Assembly: GCF_006345805.1 (NCBI RefSeq)
Contig: NC_043004.1
Span: forward strand, 104,284,001 to 104,348,000
Source of the DNA: Octopus sinensis
Taxonomy: Eukaryota
Length of the DNA: 64,000 nucleotides
Direction: 5' to 3'
Part shown: piece after piece, positions 27,460-40,999 of the stretch
How positions within the stretch are numbered: position 1 is the stretch's first letter
How the letters are laid out: the number at the start of each line of letters is the position of its first letter
Notes under the pieces: generated by a model
The model's database searches: none
The model's input: the letters and a program-made list of their open reading frames with translations, nothing else
Told to the model about the DNA's origin: nothing
Translations under genes and position numbers: made by a program

Positions 27460-28359
27460 ATATTTATATACACACACACACAAACATACGTGTTTTAATG
27501 ATATTGATGTCAAACAGCATTTGAACTCTTACTTTTATCTATTCTCCATGTTTTAACATCTGTTATTCCCATGTTTACATACTAGGGATCTGCATCCCCA
27601 TCTCCCCCTCTCCCCGTTTCTTTTTTTCCTTCTTGTTTTCCCTTTTTATTCTCTCTCTCTCTTTCCTTCTACTTAACACCCCACCCCTCTTACTTTCTCA
27701 CCCTCAGGAAGCACTAGTCTATGTTGGGGGTACATTCCCCATCTGGAATTATCTTTTGTTTGTTCTTTATGTCACCTGACATTGTAGGTAACTAATTGGT
27801 TAAGCAGTTGGAGGTGTATAGATGGATGTATGAATTAATCTAAATCTGTGAGTGTGTGCATGTGCATGTGTGTACACACCTCTATTTGTGTATTATGTGT
27901 ATTTGAATTATTGTTTGTATATGTATGCATATGTGTGTGTATATGTATGGTGTATATATATATTTATATATACATATGTGTGTGTGTATACGTGTGGCTT
28001 ATGTGCCATTAACCACAATGCATAAACACACATACATTTATGTGTATATGTACATAGAGATGTTTGTGTGTATAATATGCATTTATATATGTATCTATTT
28101 TTGCAATTCATTAGTTATGAATTCATTAGAGATGATTGAGCAGTGTCTATGTGCCTACATTTACTTGTCTACATACATATGACTGTAAATTGACATATAT
28201 ATGCATGTGTGTGCACATACACACACACACACACACACATATATGATATATATGGTTTTTGTTCATATGAACACTTGCATACATATGTATGTATAACCAT
28301 GCATATACTTACCTTCATTCATTTACATACATTCAATATGAACATATGAACATATATGA

Positions 28360-28443
<84 letters not shown>

Positions 28444-29739
28444 GAAACATTTTCACCTTATTAGTTGCATATTTCAAATGCGTAGAAATACATACTTACT
28501 TGGATGTATGCATGCTCACATGCATATATATACATTATCAGGATGTTTTGTTGTCCCTGTTTTGTATATATATATATATTTACAAAATGGGACAATAACG
28601 CAAGACATCTGGACAGTTAGGTGATACAAAAAGGTACAACAAAACATCCAGACGGACGATACAAAGAAAACAAAGACGGGTCATTCAGAGTTTTCTTTCC
28701 AGATTATCTTTGCAATCTCAGCTGGTTATGTTTGAGATTGCTCCAATCTGGCCAGCCCCAAGGAAAAACTAAATTAAGAGCATTAGATTCCTTGGAAGAA
28801 AGCAGTGAATGTATATAAAAACAAGGACGGTGTGTATATGAGTATATATGAATATTTATATACACCCACTTATATATATCCATACTCAAACTTAGAAACA
28901 TATTCACATGAATGTGTATATACACTGACATAGATATGTGTACATGCATATTAAATATACATATATACACACAAACTGATGCGTATATACATATCTATAT
29001 GTGGGTACATGCATATGTATACACATAATACATCCATAACATACACATTCACAACACACACAGACTCATGTAATTTGAAACTTTCAGTTGTTGACTGACC
29101 TTAGCATTTGAAATTTATTTTAAATGAAAATAAAGAGAATACTGATCACTACACCCTACAGAAAACAACAACATTAAACAACAAATTAGATATATATATA
29201 TATGTATGTTTATGTAAATAATATAACAGCTTCAGACTCCCACACATACAGAAGGCTATGCATTTCAAAGCTATCAAATCTCCCTAAAAGCTGGCTGTAA
29301 AACTTGTCAAACCATGCAGTGTGGGAGTATAGTATGTTGAGCCCTTTGGTTTATAAGCTTGAGATCAACTAGATTTATACATACAAGCATATACACAAAC
29401 ATAGACAAAGACACACACATGCACAAAGATACACACACACTCTCTCTGTCTCTGTCTTTCACTCATACATACACGCATTCACATGCATACAGAAAGACGC
29501 ACACATTCACTTGTGAGCGCTGTGTAACACTAACCCAGAGTCAAACAGAGAGAAGCATCCTGTCACCTTTCTCAGTTGGCAATTATCTGGTAATCTGTTT
29601 CACTGTTTGGCATGTCATCCACCCAAGGGTTGCACTTGGGGTCAGAGAGGTGGTTAGAAGCTGGGAAAGAGGGATACATAATTTAGTACATCATTTGGTG
29701 GTCTGTGCTTCACACACTCATCACTAAACACATGTACTT

Positions 29740-29771
<32 letters not shown>

Positions 29772-29777
29772 GAGAGA

Positions 29778-29808
<31 letters not shown>

Positions 29809-30078
29809 GGTGGGAAGTAGATAGATAAATAGACTGGTAGATAGACAGATAGATAGGTAGAAAGATAGACAGACAGACAGACATAGATAGATAGGTATAC
29901 ACACGCATACATGCACTTACAAATTCACAGAAAGCCTATTCAGGTCATCCCTACTGGGAAAGTCCTTGCCCTGAAACTCACATAGTGAGAACCTTTGTGA
30001 AGCAGCAGAATGGATCTTCAGCTTTCAACTAATAAATAAATACTACAACTTGTACATTCTTTCTTTTGTTTGTTTGCC

Positions 30079-30126
<48 letters not shown>

Positions 30127-30543
30127 TGGATACGTACATATATGGTCATCATGATCAATCATTGTTTTAATGTTCACGTTATCATGCTTGCATAAATCAG
30201 CTGGATTTTGATGAGTGGATTTTTCTGTGGCCAGATGTCCCTCCTGTTGCCAGCCCTCACCTGTTTCCAAGCAAGGTGATGTTTCCTCATGGCCTGATAT
30301 GTTTACACTGAAGATTGGGAACAAACAACACCATTTCTACGGTAGCACTCATTGACAACTTTCACATGATGTCGAGACAAGGTAACACACATACACACAC
30401 GAGGATGTGGGTATGTAAGTGCAGGCATGGGTTGTAGTTCTGAAGCTAGCTTTGGAACCATGTAGGTTCAGGTAAGTTGCTATTGTATTGATACTGTTGG
30501 TTGGTGTCATCTGTAGCCAAGGACTAATAATAATAACAATAAC

Positions 30544-30616
<73 letters not shown>

Positions 30617-30621
30617 GTAAT

Positions 30622-31149
30622 TGCCCTGATGCAGTACCAGGCAGTGGCTCTCATGGCTTCTGATCTTAATTGATTGGAATTGTTATCATGTACATTGCTT
30701 TGTCTTGTTATGAAAGATGGGCTACAGCAAATGTTCTGCTCAAGACCACAGATTTGTTTGACCATTACCAGTTGAGCATGACGATACGTGCATCTCTGAT
30801 CACAAGCAGAAGTAGTGGGGGTAGCATCATAACCATGTATTGAGAGGAATTCCTTGGGGTTTGTATAATTCACTTTTGGGAACATAGGTGTGTCGTTCAA
30901 CATCCTTAAACAACCCTTATTCAGGGACCTTTTGAGTGGGATGGTCTACTCAACCTGAAGAAAATTCTAACTGGGCCCCACCTCCAAGGTCATGTGCTGT
31001 TTATCTTGATAAACATATGTTTTCACACACATATGGTTGTGATACATGTACCTGGTGTACCTTTATCAGAGGGTAGTCATGATGGGTATATTGGGCTTTG
31101 TATATTTTACCCCAGTGTCACTTTGATGGCATGCACTACTCTCTCACTC
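30622..31149 (+). mobile_element. ~530-bp non-coding retroposon embedded in (TAA)n
   Basis: Second copy in inverse orientation at 33338-33887; both are flanked by TAA tracts. Confidence 0.85.
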
Positions 31150-31374
31150 TATAATAATAATAATAATAATAATCATCTCAACATCTTTTAATGTCCTTTG
31201 TCCATGCTGGCATGGGTCAAATGGTTTGACCAGAGCTGGTAAGCCAGAGAGCTGCACCAAGCTCCAGTCTGATTTGGCATGGTTTCCATGACTGGATGCC
31301 CTTCCTAATGCCAACCATTTTACAGAGTGTGTTAGATGCTTTTATGTGGAACCAGCACAAATAATAATAGTGAT

Positions 31375-31818
31375 TATCCTTTCTACTATACGCACAAGGC
31401 ATGAAATTTTTGGGGAGGGGGGCAAGTCAATTACATCAACCTCTGTACATAACTGGTATTTATTTCATTGATCCTAAAAAGATGAAAGGCAAAGTCAACC
31501 TTGGAGGAATTTGAACTCAGCACACAAGGATGGATGAAATGGCGCTAAACATTTTGCCTGGCATGCTAATGATTCTGCCAGCTCACCACCTGAATAATAA
31601 TTGATGGTAATCCTTTCTATTATAGGCATAAAGCCTGAAATTCTGGGAGCAGGGAGCTAGTTGATTACATCAACCCCAGTTTTCAACTGATATTTATTTC
31701 ATCGATCCTGAAAGGATGGAAAGCAAAATCAACCTTGGTGAGTTTGAACTCAGACTGTAGAGATAGAGGAAATGCTGCTAAACACTTTGCCCGTGCAGCA
31801 ATGATTCTGCCACCTTGT
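31375..31818 (-). mobile_element. Two tandem Meta-domain-like SINE copies (family D)
   Basis: Both contain the reverse complement of (g)ccttt(c)catcctt..ggatc(g/a)atgaaataaata(c/t)cag; they match 41000-41214. Confidence 0.75.
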
Positions 31819-31867
31819 GGTCTTAATAATAATAATAATAATAATAATGATAATTATAATAACAACA

Positions 31868-32300
31868 ACACACGCACTATATATTTGGTGTTATTTTGCT
31901 TCAGTGTTATTTATTTTTTACATTAATCTTAATCTTATTTCGGCCAGAGTTCTTTCGTCACACTCCTGTGGCTGCATCAGTGGTCCTTTGCTTTCTTCTT
32001 TCTTATTTGCATTTTTTTGAAAATACAAAATGGCTGACGGTTAGTAAGGAGAGACACACAAATAAGAAAGAAGAAAGCAAAAGACCACTGATGCGGTCAC
32101 AGGAGTGTGACGAAAGAACTCTGGCCGAAATAAGATTAAGTTTAATGTAAAAAATAAATAACACTGAAGCAAAATAACACCAAATATATAGTGCGTGTGT
32201 TTTTATTGGCTAAACTGGCAAAATGACCATTCCGAAATACAACAATACCTGTTTCAACACACGATTTCACATAAAAATTCTTGCACAACGAATATATAAA
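31868..32300. mobile_element. Young fold-back element with 142-bp inverted arms (31868-32009 / 32059-32200), each with a hammerhead-like motif
   Basis: About 4 mismatches between arms by eye; 49-bp spacer; right arm continues ~100 bp into a tail homologous to 21030-21110. Confidence 0.85.
32083..32126 (+). ncRNA. Minimal type I hammerhead ribozyme-like motif (A9C core variant)
   Basis: GACCA-CTGATGC-g-GTCAC-aggagt-GTGAC-GAAA-gaac-TC-TGGCC: stem I 4/5 bp, perfect 5-bp stem II, CUC cleavage triplet. Mirror copy on the minus strand at 31942-31985. Confidence 0.6.
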
Positions 32301-32322
32301 CGTAATAATAATAACAATAATA

Positions 32323-32359
<37 letters not shown>

Positions 32360-32380
32360 TCATCATCATCATCATCATCA

Positions 32381-32925
32381 CCGTACATACCGACAAAACT
32401 ATAAAAGCTAATCCCTGTACATACTGACAAAACTATAAAGCTAATAAACCAGATATCATTATAAAAGATCAGACAAAAAGGATGTGTTTATTAATTGACA
32501 TGATTATTCCTTGCGATCACAATATAGAGGCGAAAGAATTTGACAAGATCAGTAAATATAAAGACTTACTAATAGAAATTGAAAAAATGTAGCATCTCAA
32601 GGCGACTACAGTACCAGTGATTGTAGGAGCTCTAGGAATTATTAAAAAGGTTCTGAAACCTATTTGAAAATGATATCAGGCTTACCATCCCTACAGGAAT
32701 TGCAAAAAATCGTGTTAACTGGAGCGGTTCATGTACTAAGAAGAGCATTATCGCTGTGAAAACAACATCCATTCATGAATTTATTTATTTATTAATTTTT
32801 TAAATACATATTTTACCTGTGAATTTGCTTGTGTAATCTGGGAATGCATACAATGAGCTTCTCTGCCCTAAGTGTACGGAAAACACTCGGCAAGAAACAG
32901 AAAAAAATTTGAAGAAAGAAGGAAA
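32381..32925 (+). pseudogene. 5'-truncated R4/Dong-clade non-LTR retrotransposon (restriction-like endonuclease C-terminus plus 3' UTR)
   Basis: Conceptual translation across frameshifts: HTDKTIKANKPDIIIKD..CLLIDMIIPCDHNIEAKEFDKISKYKDLLIEIEKM*HLKATTVPVIVGALG...LQKIVLTGAVHVLRRAL; ends in (TAA)n. Confidence 0.85.
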
Positions 32926-33040
32926 TAATAATAATAATAATGATGATGATAATAATAATGTATGCACCACATATGCTATATAGTTGACATATGCCCCTTT
33001 GACCCCCAAATAGGTCAGAAGGAAAATGAAAAGATAGAGA

Positions 33041-33200
33041 CAACCCTCTTAAGTATGAAATTGTCTGGCTATGGAAAATGAAGAAGGTGAAGAGAGTGCC
33101 AATTATTGTTGGTTCGTTGGGAACAGTATCAGAAGGCTTCAAGAGGAATATAAAGGAAATTGGAATAGAGTTCCCAGTAGAACTGTTACAAAAGGCTTGT
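33041..33200 (+). pseudogene. R4/Dong-like RLE fragment, second subfamily
   Basis: PLKYEIVWLWKMKKVKRVPIIVGSLGTVSEGFKRNIKEIGIEFPVELLQKAC. Confidence 0.75.
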
Positions 33201-33337
33201 ACTAATAAGAACGAAGTATGAATAGTTCTTCATTTTATCAATCTTGGAAGGTTAAAAGGCAAAATTTACTGAAAAACATTTTGTCTGGATTTACCTTTCT
33301 TAGCCACTTTAGCACCCACATTATTATTATTATTATT

Positions 33338-33887
33338 GAGTGAGAGAGCAGTGCATGCCATCAAAGTGACACTGGGGTAAAATATACGAAGCTCAATATA
33401 CCCATCATGACTACCCGTCTGATAAGGGTACACCAGGCACATGCATCACAACCATATGTGCGCGACATGGTGATCTCATATCAAGATAAACTGCACATGA
33501 CCTTGCAGGTGGGGCCCAGTTAGAATTTTCTTCAGGTTGAGTGGCCCATCCCGCTCAAACGGTCCCTGAATAAGGGTTGTTTAAGGATATTGAAAAAACC
33601 ACCCATGTCTCCAGAGGTGAATTATTCAAACCCCAAAGAATCCCTCTCAACACATGGCTATGATGCTCCCCCACTACTTCTGCTCGTGATCAGAGATGCA
33701 CATATCGTCAGCCACTAAGAGACATGCTCAGCTGGTTAAGGTCAAACAACTGACAATCAAATCTGTGGTATTGAACAGAATATTTGCTGTATCCCATCTT
33801 TTATACCAAGACAAAACAATGTACATGATAACACTTCCAATCAGTTAAGATCAGAAGCCATGAGAGCCACTGCCTGGTACTGCATCA
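33338..33887 (-). mobile_element. Second copy of the TAA-associated non-coding retroposon
   Basis: Reverse complement of 30622-31149, flanked by (TTA)n. Confidence 0.85.
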
Positions 33888-33949
33888 TATTATTATTATT
33901 ATTATTATTTTATTATTATTATTAATTGATTAATTAATTAATTTATTTA

Positions 33950-34250
33950 TTCTTTTTTTATCTCAGGTTTTGTTGTAACACTTGGAGTCTTGCATGCGTA
34001 GCAGGCTTACTACCTGCAGCCTACATTACCATGCTATTTGTTCTTTTCAGCTACCTAATACTTTCCTGGTTATTCTGGCCATGCCAGGGAGGCAAACCTT
34101 TTGTAACAACAGTTCTACTGGGCACTCTATTCCAATTTCCATTATATTCCTCTTGATGCCTTCTGATACTGTCCCCAAGGAACCAACAGTAATTGGCACG
34201 ATCTTCACCTTTTTCCTTTTCCATAGCCAGGCTATGTTGTACTTAAGAGG
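33950..34250 (-). pseudogene. R4/Dong-like RLE 3' end, same subfamily as 33041-33200
   Basis: Reverse complement matches 33041-33200 and continues to the stop and 3' UTR; bounded by (TTA)n. Confidence 0.75.
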
Positions 34251-34881
34251 ATTATTATTATTATTGTTTTGTCCACTTTATCATGCTTGCATGAGTCAGG
34301 AAGAAATTGTTGAGGTAGATTTTGCATGGCTGGATGCTCATCCTGTCACCAACCCTTGCCTGTTTCCAAGCCAGGTAATATATCTCACAGCCAGACATGC
34401 TTTTTTAAAGGAAAACTAGAAACAAATAACATCGCTTATATAATGGTGAAGGTCATTCACAACCATCTCACAATATCTAAATAAGGGTACACAAAGACAC
34501 ACACACACACACATATACAATGGATTTCTTTCAGTTTCTGTGCAGCAAATATGTAATGAAAATATTTAAGGATGAACTTCTTTTCTGCACCCAAGAATGA
34601 GCTGAATGTTTAACTATTTTTTAAAGACTTTTGATGGTGGAAAGAATAAAAAAATAAATAAATAGTTAATTAAAATAAATTTTAAGAAATACTAAGGTCA
34701 TTTTGAAGAGAGTATCTTCTAAGAAAAGCTTGTTTGAAAATGTGTAACATCTACAGCGAAGTGGGAAAATTTACAAATTCAGAAAGGTGGGAAGTTAACA
34801 GAAAAAATAAAAATATAGCACAAACAAGTCCCAAGGTACAATTTACAGCAACACAACAATCTTAGCAAATAAATAAACACA

Positions 34882-34914
<33 letters not shown>

Positions 34915-37079
34915 TAATAATAATAATAATAATGATAATAATAATAAATAAAGTTTAGTGTGTTAAGTATAGTTTATTTTTTATTATTTCTTTTATTAAA
35001 AAAAGCATTAAAGTTATGGTTTATATGTGTGGCCTCCTGTATGAGGCTTTTTTTATAAAGTGTTTTATGTTTGTATACAAAACCATGACTCTGCAGTTAT
35101 ATAAATGAGCGCTGACAACGTGGGAAAATCTTTTTCCTATGAGATACTTATTTTCAAAATATCTACTACAAAGCATATTCACGTATTATATTCCAGATTG
35201 AAATATATATCTATTATAGATTCTTTTATTTAATTTGTTTCCGAAATAACAACACAAAAAAGCGTTTATACCATAAAAAGAAATGAAACAAGAAAACTAC
35301 AAACGGAAAGATGGTTTCTTAAAATGAGCAAAATATTCCCACCAGAGTCAATAGATGAAATTATTGTTGTTATTTTGTTGTTGATGATGATGATGATGAT
35401 GGTACTGTTGTTCTTTTGCATTCAGATTTCAAAGTTTGTCTCCTTTTAGAGAATGGTTTTGTGAAGAAATCATTTCCCATGACGTTTCATGAGATTGGTC
35501 TATAATGTAAATTAACTCTGTTTTCTACCATTTCACTAAATAAGAACAAAAGTGGAACTATTGGTTTATATTAATATTTCTGTTACAAGGACACTGAGTC
35601 AAACGCATAGAAGAGTCACACCTCTGCTTTAATTGCAGCTTAAACTTTTGTCACAGTTTACAACTAAGCTCAATGGATAATTAACCAAGCCCAAACCACT
35701 TTCATTCAGTGCATGTCAAGCATACTTTACAACTTCACTAGCCATGGCCTGAACTTTTAGTCATCTTTCTTAAAGACCATCCACAAATTTTGCGGATGTC
35801 TTCTTCCTCTTCAGACATCAACTCAACTGGATCACTGCAAATCTCTTCTTAAAACAATGTCTTAAATCTAATAACTTATACTTCCTAACCAACATCAGCA
35901 TGTGTTACCGTTGTGTTCTGAACATGCTCTCCCTCATTTATCCTTGTGTTCTGAACATGCTCTCCCTCATTTCTCCTCTGCAAAACTGTCAACCTCATTG
36001 AGAATGCACCGTAACAACAGAGCATTGTGCTCAATCTTATAATTGCTTTTGTTCACTCTATTCGTTCATGCCAATTACTTTACTTTGAAGCAACCAGTTG
36101 TGCATAGAGTGTGACAGGCCTCTGGTCAGAATGTCCTCAAAGGAAAAAAAAAAAAACAGCAAAAAAGCTAGCAGATTTAACATCCTTTTCTCTACTGCCC
36201 CCTATCACCATAACCACCACCACCACCACCACCACCATCATCATTATCGTCATCATTATTATCACTGTCAGCAAAAATCATTCAGTCACTAAGGAAGTTT
36301 GAATCTAACACCTTGTACAGACTTGATATTACTTGTAAAAAAAAACAAAAAAAAACACACATGCATACACCTTATTTGTTTATAAGTGGTAAAATTTTTA
36401 TTTAAAACAATTTTATAAGTTTAAAAGATTACCTTTTTCCTGTTTCTTCAAAAATATCATCCAAGCTGATTAAAAACACAACTATATTTTAATTAGTTTT
36501 TAATTATAAAAATTACTTCCAAAATAAAATTAAATACCAGTGAATTTTGCTTTGCATTTTGTTATCATTTGAATCTCCTTAAAGACTTAATTTTTAAAAA
36601 TCAATCTTTTTACAAACATTTTTTTTTTTTAATTGCAATCAAAATTGTTGTCATTGTCACCATCATCATCGTTATCGCCATCTTTAATGTTGCCACCACC
36701 ACCACCACCACCACCACCACCACTGCAACTATCACTGCTATCATCATCATCATCATTCTAACATCTGTTTTTCTTATTCATTACAAGTATTTAAACATGT
36801 CTGTATTGCACCCTCTCTCCATTTCATCGCAGTATCTATTTAGCTTCGTGACATCCTATGTTTTTCTGAGGTCAGCTCCCACTTTGTATGAAATTTTATT
36901 TTTATTTCATGATTATTTAGGTAACAATTTTTGCATCCTATTTATTTTTCTACGTCTCGATTATATGCCTGATTATCAGACAGGAGAGAAAAAAAAAGGG
37001 GGGGAAATCAAAGCAGTAAAAAAATAAATATACGAAGAGTAAAAAATAAATATACGATGAATAAATAAATAAAAGAGAT

Positions 37080-37125
<46 letters not shown>

Positions 37126-38426
37126 GATAGATAGAAACAGAAAAGAGACAGGGAGAGAAAGAGAGAGAGAGAGAGAGGGGAGAGATGAAAAACAAAATCT
37201 CTGAAAGGAAAGCAATTAAGAAAGATGTATTATACCCTTTTGCAACTTTTAATCGTTAACACTTCAGTCAACTTGAGATATTTCCCATTAGTGTCTTTAG
37301 AGAAATCTCTGCCTTATTTCTCCAGTTTTGCCTGACTTTCTCATCTTGAGTAGCTCTGCTTCATTACCGGGATAACTTGCCTGTCAGACTGATTTTGCTG
37401 AACAGAAGTCAAATCAATGACTGCTCTTTTGCATCTTTAGCTAATTACTATAGCCTTCTAGTTTTTCCTAGACTTTCTTTTTAGCTGTTTCGTCTGATCC
37501 TAACTCTGGGGTTAGCAAAAGAAAAGAAGGGGGAAGAAAATTTTAAAGAATTATTGCCTTTTGTTAGCATAATGTTCGAAACAGCTTTTCGTTTTTTTTT
37601 TTTCTATTTTAACACTTTTTGATATTTTTCCATTTTCTTTTCTTTATCATCGATATCACTTTCTCTCTCTTCTAAAATCTATTAATATGTAACAAAATGC
37701 AAGGCTGAGAAACCATCCGAGATATTAGCAGTCAAAATGTTATGTAAATTAAAAAGAAAAAAAAAACAACAACAAAGATATCTTACAGGAAGCTGTGTGA
37801 TCATTAATTATTTGTTATGTGTTTTAAACTGTTTGTGTCAGTGTTAGGTTGTGAAAAGATGCCCCAATTCACCTGACCTTTTAACACCTGCTGTAAAATA
37901 TTTAAAGTTTTTACAACAGGATCTACTCTCAGTTACCTGGTTTAACACCATCACCTATACACCTTGGCTGCCTTTTTACTGGGTACATTCTGATGCAAGC
38001 ATTTGAGTGATAATTTCCTCCTACCTGTCTCAAAAGCCTTGTAAAAGGATCAAGGGTTCTGCCCTTACACTTTTGAATTAGCTATTAAAAAAAGTTCATT
38101 TGCCATGAAAGACAGCCAACTGTTTCCTGTAATGCCACCTAGCTAACAACTCCCAGTTTTTTTTTCCTAAACTTTGTTGAAGGAAGAGAATCTGAAACAT
38201 CAAAGATTTCATTTCCTACACAGTAACTACCTCAATTCTTATAGTTTAAGATCTTAGGGAAATTCAGCCTGCAATAGTCTAGGATCCTATCCAGATAGAA
38301 TTTTGACTTCCAATTAGTGCCAAGTATCAACCATTATGAAACACCTTGCTTTTTACATATGATAACTACAATACATTAAGAGCAACAGATTACAAGAATT
38401 AATTATATAGCATTAATTAATATTTA

Positions 38427-38793
38427 GGTGCTGGCATAATTGTATGGTTAAGAAGCTCACATTTGCAACCATGTAGTTTCAAGTTCACTCTCACTATACA
38501 ATCCCTTGGGCAAGTGTCTTGCTTTAGCCTTGGGCCAACCAATGCCTTGTGAGTGAATTTAGTGAACAGAAACTGTATGGAAGCCTATCATGTGTTTGTC
38601 TTCCATATCTGCTTGACAGTAGGTGTTGGTTTGTTTATGTTCCCGTGGCTTAGAGGTTCAGCAAAAGAGACCAACAGAATAAGTACCAGGCTTAAAAAAT
38701 AGCACTGGGGTTGATTTGTTTGATTAAAACCCTTTATGGTGCTGCTCTAGCATGGCCACAATCCAAGGACTGAAACAAGTAAAAGGTAAAAGT
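38427..38793 (+). mobile_element. Older family A SINE
   Basis: Diverged full-length match. Confidence 0.75.
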
Positions 38794-39526
38794 AAAGCTC
38801 TAATTTGTATTTCCCATGCACCAATTTGCGACTCTTTGATGATTTATCCTGGATGTTGACCAATAAATATATAACTAGTTCCTGAAGTTCATTCACAGCT
38901 TTCTGAAACATTTCCCATTCCTTTGTAAGAGGTCCTTCCCTAAAATGTCAGAACACCTCCCTTGATGGCGCACAAAGTTATCTTTTATGAATCTTATTTC
39001 CAATGTTTTTGGTTTTTTTTTTTTTTTGTTATTCTTTTCATGATAATTAAAGATAAATATCAAGAGTTGTTTTAAAGATTACTCTATAGCAACAATAAAA
39101 ACCAACCATCACAACCACAAACACCACAATCACCAGTTTCCTCACTGCGTTTATGTTTGTCTTTTTCACCTTTTTCCTGACCAACAGGACAGGAGAACAA
39201 ACAAGTCCCTGACTGCATCAAAGCAATTCAGATTCACATATGTCAAAAAAAAAAATCTTTCCATTGTTAGATCTGTACATTCTTCATAGGACCTATGACC
39301 CCTAAAATTGTTTCAGTGTAAGCAGATTCGGTCGGTGTAGGTATGGCTGTGTGGTTTAGAAGCTCACTTTCTGATCATGTGGTTTCAGGTTCAGTCCCAT
39401 TGCATGGCACCTTGGGCAAGTGTTTTCTACTGTAGCCCTGTGGCAATCAATGCTTTGGGAGATAATTTGATCAACAGAAACTGTCAAAAGTCCATCATAT
39501 ATATCATCATCATCATCATCATATGT

Positions 39527-39830
39527 GTGGAGGCGCAATGGCCTAGTGGTTAGGGCAGCGGACTCGCGGTCGTAGGATTGCGGTTTCGATTCCCAGGCCG
39601 GGCGTTGTGAGTGTTCATTGAGCGAAAACACCTAAAGCTCCACGAGGCTCCAGCAGGGGGTGGTGGTGATCCCTGCTGTGTTCTTTCGCCACAACTTTCT
39701 CTCACTCTTTCTTCTGTTGGCCTGCTCGCTTAGCCAGTGGGGTGGCGTCATTTGAAGGCTAAAACAATGCGAAGCGCATTGTGACCAGCAATGTGTAACA
39801 ACATCTGATGGCCTGGTTGGTCACGGTGAT
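39527..39830 (+). mobile_element. Family B SINE, tail T1
   Basis: Near-identical to 4571-4880. Confidence 0.9.
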
Positions 39831-40323
39831 ATATATATATGTACACACACACCCACACACATACACATATATATACACACACACACACACACATATATAC
39901 ATATACGTATATATGTAGATAGATAGATAGATACATACATACATGCATGCATACATACATACATACATACATACATACATGTGTGTGTGGCAAGAAGCTT
40001 GCTTCCCATCCACAGGGTTCTGGGTTCTCAAGCCAACCAAAGGCCTGAGTAGATTTGGAAGACGGAAACTGAAGGATGCCCGTTGTATGTATATGTGCAT
40101 GTGTGTGTGTATGTTTGGACTGGATTTGTCCCTACACAGCTTAACAGCTGGTGTCGATTTGTTTATGTCCCTGTAACTTAAGGGTTTAGCAAAATAGACC
40201 AATGCCATGAATACTGAATTTAAACAAAAACAAAAGTAACTACCGAGCTAATTTGCCCAACTAAACATTTCAAAGCATTGCCCAAGCATGGCTGTAGTTA
40301 AATAACTGGAACGAGTAAAAGGC

Positions 40324-40399
<76 letters not shown>

Positions 40400-40416
40400 A
40401 CTCACACACACACACA

Positions 40417-40620
40417 CACTATATTTTTTGATGGCATAAAAATTGCATGAGCATATTAGACACACCCCAATTTCAGTAGTGCATTTTAAAGGAAAAATTT
40501 TTCTAGTGCATTAAAGCATGAAATATTTAAAGCAATTTCACGTATAAGACATGAATTACTTTCTTCTTTGAAATACTTTCTTTGGGAAAAGACTGTCTTA
40601 TATGCCATCAAATATGGTGT
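40417..40620. mobile_element. MITE with ~22-bp imperfect TIRs (Tc1/pogo-like)
   Basis: actatattttttgatggcataaa ... ttatatgccatcaaatatggt. Confidence 0.5.
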
Positions 40621-40629
40621 GTGTATGTG

Positions 40630-40763
40630 TACTTATATGCAATTAAATATATGTCATGTCATAGAGTCACCAATAGTTTTGCATCCGTAAAGTTAAGCAC
40701 TTTATGGATGTGAAACCATTGGTCACACTATGACTGTACACATATTTTTAATAGCACATAAAT
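40630..40763. repeat. Imperfect palindrome containing the 3' half of a hammerhead-like motif
   Basis: Arms meet at a taagc loop (40694-40698); right arm ggatgt-GAAA-CCA-T-TGG-TC. Confidence 0.65.
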
Positions 40764-40999
40764 ACATTACTGTTCTCTGTTTTAGAGTGTGTGCTTCTTT
40801 TTCGGATATATGATCCACTGACAATATATATATATTTTTTTATATTGCCCACAGGGGGCTAAACATAGAGGGGACAAACAAGGACAGACACAGGGATTAA
40901 GTCAGTTTTTTCAACCCCAGTGCGTAACTGGTACTTAATTAATCAACCCTGAAAGGATGAAAGGCAAAGTCGACTTTGGTGGAATTTGAACTCGGAATG

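Noticed and set aside
33830-33887. Resemblance to U2 snRNA segments (atcagttaagatcaga; cctggtactgca)
   Set aside because: Short patchy matches with wrong spacing and antisense to the element's inferred orientation; likely chance
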